Origin: Kofleriaceae bacterium | GTDB taxonomy: Bacteria; Myxococcota_A; Polyangia; Haliangiales; Haliangiaceae | Length of the DNA stretch: 64,000 bases | NCBI GenBank assembly: GCA_965215005.1 | Contig: CBDCCZ010000054.1 | Span: 160,001-224,000 of the forward strand | Direction of reading: 5' to 3' | Shown here: piece after piece, positions 17,924 to 29,390 of the stretch | How the letters are laid out: each line of letters begins with the position of its first letter | How positions within the stretch are numbered: position 1 is the first letter of the stretch | Notes under the pieces: model-generated | Seen by the model: only the letters and a program-made list of their open reading frames with translations | The model's database searches: none | Told to the model about the DNA's origin: nothing | Translations under genes and position numbers: made by a program

Positions 17924-20836
17924 GTGACCGCGCGAGACGAGCACGAGGGAACGTCGTCGACTGTTGCGGAGGCAGGGGGCGGCGTGCCGTGGCCGAGCTC
18001 GCAGATGGCGGCGGAGGCGGAGCGGCCGACGGAAACGGCGGTCGGTGGGACCGCGGCGACGTTGCGAACCAGTGACGTGACGGCGGGGGAGCGGCACGCA
18101 GGAGAGGCCGTGGGCAGGTACGTGGTGCTCGAGCGGGTCGGTGCGGGCGCGATGGGGGCGGTCTACGCAGCTTACGATCCGGCGCTGGATCGGCGGGTAG
18201 CACTGAAGCTGTTGCATTTCGAGCCGCGGGCACGGCGACGTGAGCGGCGCCGCGAGCGGCTGTTGCAGGAGGCCAAGGCGCTCGCGCGGCTGCGGCATCC
18301 GAACATCGTGACCGTATACGACGTGGGGGTGATGAACGAGGAAGTGTTCATCGCGATGGAGTACGTGCAGGGGCCCACGCTGCGCGATTGGCTGAAGTCA
18401 GCGCAGCGGTCGTGGCGGGCGGTGGTGGCCACGTTCGTCGCCGCAGGGCGGGGATTGGCGGCAGCGCACGCCGCCGGCGTCATCCATCGCGATTTCAAAC
18501 CAGACAATGTCTTGGTCGATGAGGACGGCCGCGCGCGCGTGGTGGACTTCTCGATATCGGAGTCGGTGGACCCGAGCGAACAGTCGCAAAACAGCGAGGA
18601 TGGGCCAAGCGGTGGCAGCATCGCGGGGACGCCGCGCTACATGGCGCCGGAGCAGCACCTAGGGCAGCTGGCGCACGCGCGAGCGGATCAATACTGCTTT
18701 TGCGTCGCGCTGTACGAAGCGCTGCATGAGGTGCGGCCGTTTGGCGACGTGGTGAGCGAGCTGCTCGAGCGCAAACAGGCGCGCCAGCTCGAGCCATCGC
18801 CGCGTGATCGGGAGCTTCCGCCGTGGCTGCGGGAGGTGCTGCTTCGGGGGCTGGAGCCGTCGCCGGCGCGGCGTTGGCCGAACATGGACGCGCTGCTGGC
18901 GATGTTATCCCGGGATCCGCAGGCACTGCGCCGCCGTCGCGCCTTGGGAGTTGGCGCGGCGGTGCTGCTCCTTGGCGCGGGATCGGCCGCGACGCTGGCG
19001 GTGGTGGAGGAGTCGGGGCCGAGCTGCCAAGCGCCGCGCGATGCGTTGCAAGCGCTGTGGAATACCGAGCGCAGCGCGGCGCTGGAGCAGGCGTTCCGCG
19101 CCACTGGCGCCGCGTTCGCCGATGCCGCGTGGCAACGCGTGGGTGAGCGGTTGGAGGCCTGGCAGGAGGCTTGGCGCAGCGAATACACGCAAGCATGTCG
19201 GGCGACGCACGTGCTGGGCGAGCAGTCGCCGCAGCTCTTGGATCTGCGCATGGCGTGCTTGCGGCAGCGCAAGGACGAGCTCGATGCGACGCTCAGCAGT
19301 GCGTTTGCCCCCGCGGCGATCGACGCCGAGCTGGTGAGCCACGCCGATGAAGTGCTCGACACGCTGGAGTCGCCGCAGAGTTGCGCGCGTACGGCGCTGC
19401 ACAAAGAGCTGCCGGTTGCGGCGGCCGAGGTGCTGGTTCCACTGGAGCGCGCCGATGCGCTGCGAGCGGCGGCCCGGCTTGAGCCAGCGCTCGAGGCGGC
19501 GCGGCAGGCGCAGCAGGCGGCTGATGAGATCGGCGATCCGCGGCTCGAGGCGCTTGCGCATTTCACCATCGGTCGCATCCTCGCGGATGGCAGTCATCGC
19601 GATGCGGCGCGCGGCGAGCTTCTCGAGGCCTTTTTCGTGGCTCGCGGCGCTGGTGTTGCGGGCACCGCTGCTCGGGCGGCGATCTCACTCATCAAGTTGG
19701 TGGCGGTGGATGAAGCAGCCTTTGACGACGCGGCGCTGTGGAGTCGCCACGCTGCTGTCGAGATAGCAGCCGCAGGCGAGCCAGTTCTGCAGGTGCGGCA
19801 TTTGCTCGGTCGCGCGTATCTCGCCGACCTCCGCAGTGAGTACACCGAGGCGTTGTCGCTTTATCAGCAGGCGCTCGAGGTGCTCGACCGGCAGCCGATT
19901 TGGGATGAGTCGCTGCGCATTGGTGCTTTGACCGGAATCGGCAATATGCATCAGGCGATGGGGCATGTCGAAGAGGCGCTGCACTATCAAGAGCAGGCGC
20001 GCCAACAGCTCGAGGATGAAGTAGGAGCCGACCATCCTCGCATGGGTGCTATCTACAACAACATTGGCAACGCGCAATCGTCTCTTGGCCGCTACCAAGC
20101 CGCTCTTGCCTCGTACGAACGTGCATTGCAGATCTGGCGGAATACCTACGGGGACGAGCATCCGCGGGTAAGCGCTGTTCTGCACAACTTGGGAAGTGTG
20201 CGCAAGGAGATGGGCGACTGGGAGGCGGCGCGCGACTACTACCGTCGCGAGGGAGAGATCGCGTTAGCGAGCTTTGGGCCCACCCATCCCGTCATGATCG
20301 ATTATCACTTGTCCATCGGGGAGACCTTTCTACAGCAAGGCCAGCTAAGCAAGGCTCGTGAGCATTACGAGCTTGCGCATAAGCTTGCACTGGAGACTCT
20401 CGGGACCGAGCATTTCACCACCGGTGTTACTTGGGACAATCTCGGCATCCTCGCGCGCCGCGAGGGCCGTTTGCGCGAGTCGCGCCAGGCGCATGAGAAA
20501 GCACTCGATATTCTGCGCAACGTGGTTGGCGCTGACAGTCCGATCTTGGCGCATCCCTACCTGGGACTGGCGCGCGTGGCGCTGGAGCAGAATTCGCCCG
20601 CTGCCGCGTTGACGCACACGCGGGCTACGCTGGCGTTGGATGAGCATGGCGGGCTCGAGCCGGCCATGCGCACCGAGGCGCTGATCCTCGCGGCGAGGGC
20701 GCTCCAGAGCAGCGGCGGCGACCGCGACGAAGCGCAGAGACTGGCTCACCGGGCAAATCAGGAGGCGTCGAAGTTGATCGGCTACGCCGAGCTGCGCCGC
20801 GAGGTCGCACGCTGGCTGGCTGCCCACCCGCGTTAG
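17924..20836 (+). CDS. Ser/Thr kinase with TM helix and C-terminal TPR repeats
   Basis: VGAGAMG, VALK, HRDFKPDN, DFS, YMAPE; TPRs such as YNNIGNAQSSLGRY; TACGCT 6 nt before GTG. Confidence 0.9.
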   Translation: MTARDEHEGTSSTVAEAGGGVPWPSSQMAAEAERPTETAVGGTAATLRTSDVTAGERHAGEAVGRYVVLERVGAGAMGAVYAAYDPALDRRVALKLLHFEPRARRRERRRERLLQEAKALARLRHPNIVTVYDVGVMNEEVFIAMEYVQGPTLRDWLKSAQRSWRAVVATFVAAGRGLAAAHAAGVIHRDFKPDNVLVDEDGRARVVDFSISESVDPSEQSQNSEDGPSGGSIAGTPRYMAPEQHLGQLAHARADQYCFCVALYEALHEVRPFGDVVSELLERKQARQLEPSPRDRELPPWLREVLLRGLEPSPARRWPNMDALLAMLSRDPQALRRRRALGVGAAVLLLGAGSAATLAVVEESGPSCQAPRDALQALWNTERSAALEQAFRATGAAFADAAWQRVGERLEAWQEAWRSEYTQACRATHVLGEQSPQLLDLRMACLRQRKDELDATLSSAFAPAAIDAELVSHADEVLDTLESPQSCARTALHKELPVAAAEVLVPLERADALRAAARLEPALEAARQAQQAADEIGDPRLEALAHFTIGRILADGSHRDAARGELLEAFFVARGAGVAGTAARAAISLIKLVAVDEAAFDDAALWSRHAAVEIAAAGEPVLQVRHLLGRAYLADLRSEYTEALSLYQQALEVLDRQPIWDESLRIGALTGIGNMHQAMGHVEEALHYQEQARQQLEDEVGADHPRMGAIYNNIGNAQSSLGRYQAALASYERALQIWRNTYGDEHPRVSAVLHNLGSVRKEMGDWEAARDYYRREGEIALASFGPTHPVMIDYHLSIGETFLQQGQLSKAREHYELAHKLALETLGTEHFTTGVTWDNLGILARREGRLRESRQAHEKALDILRNVVGADSPILAHPYLGLARVALEQNSPAAALTHTRATLALDEHGGLEPAMRTEALILAARALQSSGGDRDEAQRLAHRANQEASKLIGYAELRREVARWLAAHPR

Positions 20837-20879
20837 GCCAGCGCTAGGCGCGAAGCGGCGAACGCTGTAGCATTGGCGA

Positions 20880-21410
20880 ATGTCCGACTCCGGCGCTTCC
20901 ACCCGGTCCCTCACGCCCGGTGAGGAAAGCATGGTGCGGGCGGCTCGAGACAAGGCGTTCGTTCTGTACGAGGGACGGCGGGTCAAGCATCGCAGCTGCG
21001 GAATTGCCCTTGCGGAGACCTTTGGGCTGCCGACGCGGCCGTATCAGGCGCTGCGTCGCGGAGGTATCACGGGGCAAGGGCAGTGCGGCGCGATCCGTGC
21101 CGGTGAGCAGGTGCTAGGCGAGCTGCTCGGTGATCCGAGCCCCACCGGCGCAGTCACCGAGGCCCTGCGAGATGCGATCGTCTGGTATCAGGACGAGCTG
21201 AGTCGGCGACTGGAGCTCGGTGGCGCGCCAGATCTGATCTGCAACACGCTCACGCGGCCGCTTGGCGAGTTCTCCGGTGAGCGCCGGATGAAGTTCTGCA
21301 CCAATCTAGCCGCCGATGTCGCAGCGCTGGTGTGTGAGGCTTGGGTGCGGTTCCACCCGAGCGACTCGGTCCTCACGGTTGAGCCGCTGAGCGAGGAGTA
21401 TGGCGGGTGA
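20880..21410 (+). CDS. C-GCAxxG-C-C family putative redox protein
   Basis: SC...GG...QCGAIRAG...IC...FC cysteine pattern. Confidence 0.75.
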   Translation: MSDSGASTRSLTPGEESMVRAARDKAFVLYEGRRVKHRSCGIALAETFGLPTRPYQALRRGGITGQGQCGAIRAGEQVLGELLGDPSPTGAVTEALRDAIVWYQDELSRRLELGGAPDLICNTLTRPLGEFSGERRMKFCTNLAADVAALVCEAWVRFHPSDSVLTVEPLSEEYGG

Positions 21411-21808
21411 GAGTGCACACCAAGACCGTCAAGGAGGTGGTGGAAGAAGCCTCCGTGAAGATGAAGGACCCCAACTACTCAGCCGTGATGGTGGGGGGAT
21501 TCGTCCAGCAGCAAACCGCTACGTCGCATTACATCGGCGCGCACGAGGAAGAGCTAGGCGGCACAGAGCATGTCGTCAACACCATCTTTCATGCCGCCCT
21601 GCTCGCGCTTTGTTATCAACGCGCAGGCAACCGAAGCTTGCCGGAGATGAGCTTCGAAGATCTCGATTACGTCGCTGGCGACGAAGTCTCGCAGCGGTTG
21701 CAAACCCTGCAGCCCGCAATTTCCGAGTACATCGCCGCCAACGTCGAGCATCCTTCCCAGCAGCGGGTGCTACAGCTGGTGGCGCTGGCGATGGATTGGG
21801 TGAGCTGA
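21407..21808 (+). CDS. Hypothetical protein
   Basis: GTGA overlap with upstream gene; ordinary globular composition. Confidence 0.75.
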   Translation: MRVHTKTVKEVVEEASVKMKDPNYSAVMVGGFVQQQTATSHYIGAHEEELGGTEHVVNTIFHAALLALCYQRAGNRSLPEMSFEDLDYVAGDEVSQRLQTLQPAISEYIAANVEHPSQQRVLQLVALAMDWVS

Positions 21809-21832
21809 TGAAGAGTGCGCTATCGATGTTTG

Positions 21833-22099
21833 CTAGGCGCGGCGGGTGACGCCACGGCGGGCGATCAACCGGTAGCCGAGCAGCAGGAGCACGGCACCTA
21901 AGATGGAGGCCAGAAATCCGGCTCCGTCGCTTGGTGCGTACCAGCCGAGGGCGCGCCCTAAGAATCCAGCGACGAAGCTACCTGCAATACCGATGAGCGC
22001 GGTGACGATGATGCCGCCGGGATCTCGCCCGGGCATGAGCAGCTTGGCGATGACGCCGACGACCAAACCAATCAAAAACATCCAGAGGATTGAAAGCAT
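21833..22099 (-). CDS. GlsB/YeaQ/YmgE family stress-response membrane protein
   Basis: IGLVVGVIAKLLMPGRDPGG...GIAGSFVAG; AAGGAG RBS. Confidence 0.9.
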   Translation of the reverse strand: MLSILWMFLIGLVVGVIAKLLMPGRDPGGIIVTALIGIAGSFVAGFLGRALGWYAPSDGAGFLASILGAVLLLLGYRLIARRGVTRRA

Positions 22100-22125
22100 G
22101 CGTGTCTCCTTGTGAGATGCTCCTC

Positions 22126-22141
22126 TGCATGGCGAGTGCCA
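22126..22141 (-). promoter_or_regulatory. sigma54 -24/-12 promoter
   Basis: TGGCACTCGCCATGCA (GG-N10-GC) 26 nt upstream of ATG. Confidence 0.7.
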
Positions 22142-22278
22142 GCGGCGCCTGAGTCGGCAAATCAGGAGGTTGCTGCAGTCATGCCCTGCTGCGCATCCCG
22201 GTGGCTGTTAGCAGAGTTGCCACATGAGCGTTTCCGTCGCGCGCCAGCGGGCTGACGGATTACGGCACTACCGCGGGC

Positions 22279-23265
22279 TCATGGACTAGCAGCGAGGGCT
22301 TCGGTGGCGCGCGCCAAGCGCTCGCGCATCGCCACCTTGGCTTCCTCGGGGCCGACGATCCAGGCGTGGCGGCCAAAGCCGAGGACCCAGCCGGTGACCC
22401 ACTCCAGGCCCTCGCAGTCGATGAGAATCTCGGCGCTGCCGTCCTCGTGCAGCGTGACCTCGCCGACCGGCCAGCCGGTGGCACCCACCCGGGTCGTTGC
22501 CAACGGATCGAGATGGACCTGCACCGAGGTGGCATCGGCCGACGGCACGTAGAGCTGCTCGCGGCGATAGGACTCGAGATCGAAGCCTGTAGGGGGTGTA
22601 AAGCGCTCGCTGGTGAGCTCGAGGTCGGCGATGCGATCGATGCGGAACGTGCGAGTGTCGCCGCGCTTGTGGCAATGGCCGATGACGTACCATTCGCCGG
22701 CGTGGTGCACGAGGCCGTACGGATCGAGACGGCGACGCTCGGCTTTGTGGCGCGAGGCGGCGACGTAATCGAGCTCGACGCGGCGATGCTCGCGCGCCGC
22801 GGTGACGAGTTGCCGTAAGAACCGCGCCACCACGCGATCGGGCTCGGCAACCACGGTGTCAGAAGCGAGGCTTTCGGCCGCATCGGCATCGCGTCCCATC
22901 GCGCGGAGGAGCTTGCGCTCGGCAGACTCGAGTGCCTCGTCATACGGCGCCACGCCGCTCTCGCGAAGCGCGCGAATGCCGAGCAGGAGCGAGCAACCTT
23001 CGGCCGGCGTGAGCCGAAGCGGGCGCGTAAGGCGCTGCGGCAGCTCGACGTAGACGCGCCCGTCTTCGACCGAAACCAGCAGATATTCGCCGGGATCGCC
23101 ATCGGGCGGGCCGACTTGAGAGAGAAGGTCTAGATCTTTGAGCAGCGCTTCGCGATCGACTCCGACGAGCTCGGCCAGATCCTCGACCGCGACGCCGTCG
23201 GGATGTTTGGCCACGTACGGCACGATGTACAGCAGACGGCGAAGCTTCTGCCCAACGTCCCTCAC
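22279..23265 (-). CDS. pafC: HTH-WYL transcriptional regulator, PafC-like
   Basis: RRLLYIVPYV...LLKDLDLL...GPPDGDPGE, RPLRLTPAE, WYVIGHC, RTFRIDRI; GTGA coupling to upstream gene. Confidence 0.8.
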   Translation of the reverse strand: MRDVGQKLRRLLYIVPYVAKHPDGVAVEDLAELVGVDREALLKDLDLLSQVGPPDGDPGEYLLVSVEDGRVYVELPQRLTRPLRLTPAEGCSLLLGIRALRESGVAPYDEALESAERKLLRAMGRDADAAESLASDTVVAEPDRVVARFLRQLVTAAREHRRVELDYVAASRHKAERRRLDPYGLVHHAGEWYVIGHCHKRGDTRTFRIDRIADLELTSERFTPPTGFDLESYRREQLYVPSADATSVQVHLDPLATTRVGATGWPVGEVTLHEDGSAEILIDCEGLEWVTGWVLGFGRHAWIVGPEEAKVAMRERLARATEALAASP

Positions 23266-24338
23266 CAAGCGTATCTCTCCTGAATCGCCGCGAGCTCCTC
23301 GCCGAGCCGTTGCCGCAGCCGCGGCCCTTCTAGCACCCGAATGGCACCTTTGGCCGCTAGCACTCGTGACACTGCAAAATCGGTGTTGGCGCACGAGAAC
23401 CGCACCACGGTCCGGTCGCCGTCGCGGGTGAGCTCGGCGTCGGCACCAAACTCTTCGTTGGCGACATCGGCGGCATCGGGCCCAATTTCGAGCGCCACGG
23501 TTTCCATGGGTTCGTTGTGGAAGGTCCACGGCGAGCGGTTGGCGTAGCTGCGGACGTCAAAGTCCCGAGGACGTTCGAAATCGGGCGACTTGGGCTTGGG
23601 CGCGCTCTCGAGCTCGAGGATTCGGTCGACTCGAAACGAGCGAACGTCGCGGCGCATGTGACAGTGGCCGACGAGTAGCCACGCACCTTGGCGATACACC
23701 AAGCCGTAGGGATCGAGCTCGCGCTGCGAGACCATGGCTGTCGAGGCGTTTTGATACTTAATGGTGAGGCGCTTGCGATTGCGGGTTGCCGCTTCGAGCT
23801 GGCTGAAGCGGTCGCTCAAGATGCGGGTGTCGGCGATGCGGACCTCGGGGAAATGCACCAGGACCGGCGCCAGCGAGGTCGGCGGCGGAAACTCGGTAGG
23901 CGTGTCGGGTGGCTCGGGAACATCGAAGGCGAGCTTGCGGAGCGCCAAGTCGACGATCTTTGGATAGCTGCCGCCCGGCGCCGCTCGCGCCACCGAAGCC
24001 GCGAGCACCAACGCCGAGACCTCATCGGCGTTGAGGTGGACCTCGGGCATGCGGAACCGACCCAAGTCGATGACGTAGCCGCCTTCTTCGACCGCGTCGT
24101 CTTCTTCCGGGGTGACGTACCGGATCGGAACCCCGAGCTCGAGGAGGTCGGACTTGTCGCGCTCGAACGCCCGCAGGCCGGCTTCGACGTTGGCGGTTTG
24201 GTAGGCGGTGAACTGGTCGCGAATGTCGCGGAAGGTGACCGGTGAGCGCGCTCGAAGGAGCAGCATCACGAGGTCGAGCAGGCGCTTGGACCTATCACCG
24301 CGTGCGGCGGACTTGGCTTTGCTAGTGGCTTTGGTCAA
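23262..24338 (-). CDS. pafB: HTH-WYL transcriptional regulator, PafB-like
   Basis: RLLDLVMLLL...RAFERDKSDLLELGVPI (PafB-type FERDK), WLLVGHC, RSFRVDRI; AGGAG before TTG 24338. Confidence 0.8.
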   Translation of the reverse strand: MTKATSKAKSAARGDRSKRLLDLVMLLLRARSPVTFRDIRDQFTAYQTANVEAGLRAFERDKSDLLELGVPIRYVTPEEDDAVEEGGYVIDLGRFRMPEVHLNADEVSALVLAASVARAAPGGSYPKIVDLALRKLAFDVPEPPDTPTEFPPPTSLAPVLVHFPEVRIADTRILSDRFSQLEAATRNRKRLTIKYQNASTAMVSQRELDPYGLVYRQGAWLLVGHCHMRRDVRSFRVDRILELESAPKPKSPDFERPRDFDVRSYANRSPWTFHNEPMETVALEIGPDAADVANEEFGADAELTRDGDRTVVRFSCANTDFAVSRVLAAKGAIRVLEGPRLRQRLGEELAAIQERYAW

Positions 24339-24535
24339 ACCCGAGCTCCTGGGGGCATCGTATCGCGATGGCCACGCCGGTGGCAGGCGGCGCGGGCGGC
24401 ATCGATAATCCGGAGCCGAGGCCGCCACCAATGCCGCCAGTGTAGCGGCCGATCGCCGGGTGAGCTAGGGCGCGAAGCCGCGGGACCGCGGTCCGAAAGA
24501 TGACCTCGCGCGGGGGCGCGTGTAGCGTTGCCGCC

Positions 24536-25066
24536 ATGTTGCAGTCGGTTGGTCCCTCGCTCGCGCGCTGGCTCCTAGTGGTGGCTAGCATCGGTTGGTT
24601 CGCTGCGCCACGCGCGGCTGCGGCGCAGGACGAAAAGGGCACCTTGGGTCTGGGAATCATTCTCGGCGAGCCCTCTGGCGTGAGCGCCAAGCTCTATCTT
24701 TCCGATGACCAGGCAATCGCCGGTGCCGCCGGTTCAGCACTGGTTGGCGGTGGGTTGCAGGTTCACGGCGACTATCTCTGGCACCCGGTCATTCTCGAGG
24801 ACCGCGACAAGTTCGTGCTGCCGCTGTACGTGGGTCCGGGGCTGCGGGTTTTCCAACACGACCGCGGCGAAGGCGGTGACGACGACGTGCATCTCGGCAT
24901 TCGCGGGGTCGGTGGCTTGGTCTTCGATTTCAAAGAGGGCATCCCGCTCGATGTCTTCGTCGAGGTCGCCGCGGTGCTCGATGTGGTGCTGGCGTCCGAC
25001 GATGACGACCACAGCGGCGTCGGCATCGCGCTCAACGCCGGTGCCGGCGCGCGCTATTACTTTTAG
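24536..25066 (+). CDS. Small outer-membrane beta-barrel protein
   Basis: Signal peptide; GLGIILGEPSGVSAK; ends ARYYF. Confidence 0.8.
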   Translation: MLQSVGPSLARWLLVVASIGWFAAPRAAAAQDEKGTLGLGIILGEPSGVSAKLYLSDDQAIAGAAGSALVGGGLQVHGDYLWHPVILEDRDKFVLPLYVGPGLRVFQHDRGEGGDDDVHLGIRGVGGLVFDFKEGIPLDVFVEVAAVLDVVLASDDDDHSGVGIALNAGAGARYYF

Positions 25067-25069
25067 CCG

Positions 25070-25942
25070 GTGATCACCCTCGAAGCTGACACCGATGATG
25101 GCGTGCGGCTGCGGCTGCGGCGGTTTGCAGCCGTGGGCACGCGCCGAGCGGTGCTGCTGTGTGGGCACGCGATGATGGCTCATGGCCGCTACTTTCACGG
25201 CGGCTCTGACCACGGCTTCGCGGGCCATTTAGCGCGCGCAGGTGTCGAGGTGTTCGTGCTCGACTGGCGCGGTCACGGCCTGAGCCGTCCGCCGCATCCG
25301 GGACGCTCCTGGTGGAGCTTCGACAGCTACGTCGAGCACGACTTGCCGGCGGCCGTGCGGGCCGTGTGCCGCTGTGCCGACATCGAGGCCAAGAATCTGG
25401 CTTATCTCGGTCACTCGCTGGGCGGGCTGGCGGTGGTTGCTGCGCTCGCGACGCAAGCCATCGCGCCTCTGGGGCGACTGGCGCTATGGGCGACGTCGGT
25501 GTGGCTACCCGGGCCGAGCGGCTCATGGCGACGACGCCTGCTGATGCGCGGATTTGAGCTAGCGGCGCGTCCTCTCGGATATGTGCCGATTCGAAGATTG
25601 CGGCTTGGCTCCGAAGACGAGGGCCGCGGCTATGTCGCGCAGCTGGCGCAGTGGGCGCGGACGGGACAGTGGTGTTCCGCCGCGGGAAACGATTATCTGG
25701 CCTCGTTAGCGGCAGTGCGCACCCCGACCTGGGCAGTCTGTGGCGCGGGCGATCGACTATGTACAGCGGTCGATGCGCAGGCGCTAGCGCAGCGGCTGCC
25801 GCTGGTCGCGCCACTGCGGGTGGTGGGGCGCGCCAGCGGTGACGCGCTGGATGCGGATCATTTTCAGCTGTTTACCCGGCGCGAGCTCGCGCCGCTCTGG
25901 GATCAGCTCATCGACTTCATCGCTCCTGCGTCATCGCGATGA
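25070..25942 (+). CDS. Alpha/beta hydrolase
   Basis: DWRGHG, GHSLG nucleophile elbow, D and H triad candidates. Confidence 0.85.
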   Translation: MITLEADTDDGVRLRLRRFAAVGTRRAVLLCGHAMMAHGRYFHGGSDHGFAGHLARAGVEVFVLDWRGHGLSRPPHPGRSWWSFDSYVEHDLPAAVRAVCRCADIEAKNLAYLGHSLGGLAVVAALATQAIAPLGRLALWATSVWLPGPSGSWRRRLLMRGFELAARPLGYVPIRRLRLGSEDEGRGYVAQLAQWARTGQWCSAAGNDYLASLAAVRTPTWAVCGAGDRLCTAVDAQALAQRLPLVAPLRVVGRASGDALDADHFQLFTRRELAPLWDQLIDFIAPASSR

Positions 25943-27104
25943 TTTCGCGGGCGGTGGCGCGCCAGGCGTCGAGCTGGTCGCCAACACCGAGCGCTTCGAC
26001 ATAGGCATGATCGAGGGAGTCGTGCTCGCCCAAGGCTTCACCGACGAGAGCGTTGGCAAGGTGCACCATCGCGAGGGGACCGAGCATGGCGCGGCCAGCG
26101 CGGAGCGGGCGATGGTGAAACGCGACGGCTTCGACGAGGTCGGCCGGCATGCCCCAGATGCCGAGCAAGTAGGCGCCGATCTCGCCATGTGTGGCGCCAA
26201 TATGTGCGAGCTCGAGCGCCGTAGACACCGATTGTTCGTGAGCGGCGATGGTCGCCACGGTGACCCAGCGCTCGGGCATCTCCGCAGCGATGATGAGCTT
26301 GCCGAGGTCGTGCAAGAGTCCCGCGGTGAAGCAGGCCTCGCCGAGGCCGGGGGGCGCGATCGCCGAGGCGACGGCACCGATGAGCATGGCGTGATGCTGC
26401 TCCGCGGAAAGTGAGAAGCCGGCTGCGCAGCGTTTTTCTTCGAAGAGGCGAAATACTTCCGCGACCAACACCAGGTTCTTGATCATGTGACCGCCGAGCG
26501 CGTGCACGGCTTCGGAAACCCGCCGCACGCGCTGTGAGAGGCCAAAGAACGGCGAGTTGGCGCTCTGCAGCACTCGATTCTCGATGCCCTCGTCGTGCTC
26601 GATGAGCGCCGCGATGGTCGCTGGGTCGACGTGAGGGTCGTCGACGATGCGCGCTAGCTGATCGTAACAGGCCGGGATGCTCGGCATCGCCGACATCCGC
26701 CCCAGCACCACCCGCAGTGCTGGCGCCGCTAGCAGCTCACGAACCCGGAGCGCACGCTCGATAACTTCGACCAGGTGATCGCGTTGCCATGGCTTGGCGA
26801 CGAATTGATGGGCGACCGGCAGAGCGCCGGTGGCGATCTCGTGCTCGATGTTGCCCGACATGATGACGCGAACGGTATCGGGATAGGCTTGTCGCACGCG
26901 ATGCAAGAGCTCGATGCCGCTGGTGTGCGGCATCGAGATGTCGGTGACGATGACATCTGTCGGCGACTTGGCCATCTCTTCGAGAGCGTCATCGGCGCTG
27001 TCGGCAAATGCCAGCTGCCAGCGGCCGGCATGGCGGCGAAGACCGCGCTCTACGGCGCGGAGAACGAACGGCTCGTCGTCGACGAATAGAACGCGTTGGT
27101 GCAT
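25917..27104 (-). CDS. Response regulator with receiver and HDOD domains
   Basis: VLFVDDE, TDISMP, AKPW; ANSPFFG, GLLHDLGK, EAVAFHH. Confidence 0.9.
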   Translation of the reverse strand: MHQRVLFVDDEPFVLRAVERGLRRHAGRWQLAFADSADDALEEMAKSPTDVIVTDISMPHTSGIELLHRVRQAYPDTVRVIMSGNIEHEIATGALPVAHQFVAKPWQRDHLVEVIERALRVRELLAAPALRVVLGRMSAMPSIPACYDQLARIVDDPHVDPATIAALIEHDEGIENRVLQSANSPFFGLSQRVRRVSEAVHALGGHMIKNLVLVAEVFRLFEEKRCAAGFSLSAEQHHAMLIGAVASAIAPPGLGEACFTAGLLHDLGKLIIAAEMPERWVTVATIAAHEQSVSTALELAHIGATHGEIGAYLLGIWGMPADLVEAVAFHHRPLRAGRAMLGPLAMVHLANALVGEALGEHDSLDHAYVEALGVGDQLDAWRATAREIIAMTQER

Positions 27105-27165
27105 GGACACGCGGTGGATCGCGCAAATGCGCCGGAGCTTGAGGAACAATCAACCGAAGCCATGC

Positions 27166-29367
<2,202 letters not shown>

Positions 29368-29373
29368 CGCAGC

Positions 29374-29383
29374 ATTCTATAGT
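29374..29383. promoter_or_regulatory. Overlapping divergent -10 elements
   Basis: TAGAAT (minus, 29374-29379) 6 nt before recD2 ATG; TATAGT (plus, 29378-29383) 7 nt before symporter ATG. Confidence 0.65.
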
Positions 29384-29390
29384 CACAGCC

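Noticed and set aside
22279..24338. WYL pair as regulator of an anti-phage defence island
   Set aside because: No defence genes flank it; the sequence motifs are PafB/PafC-type
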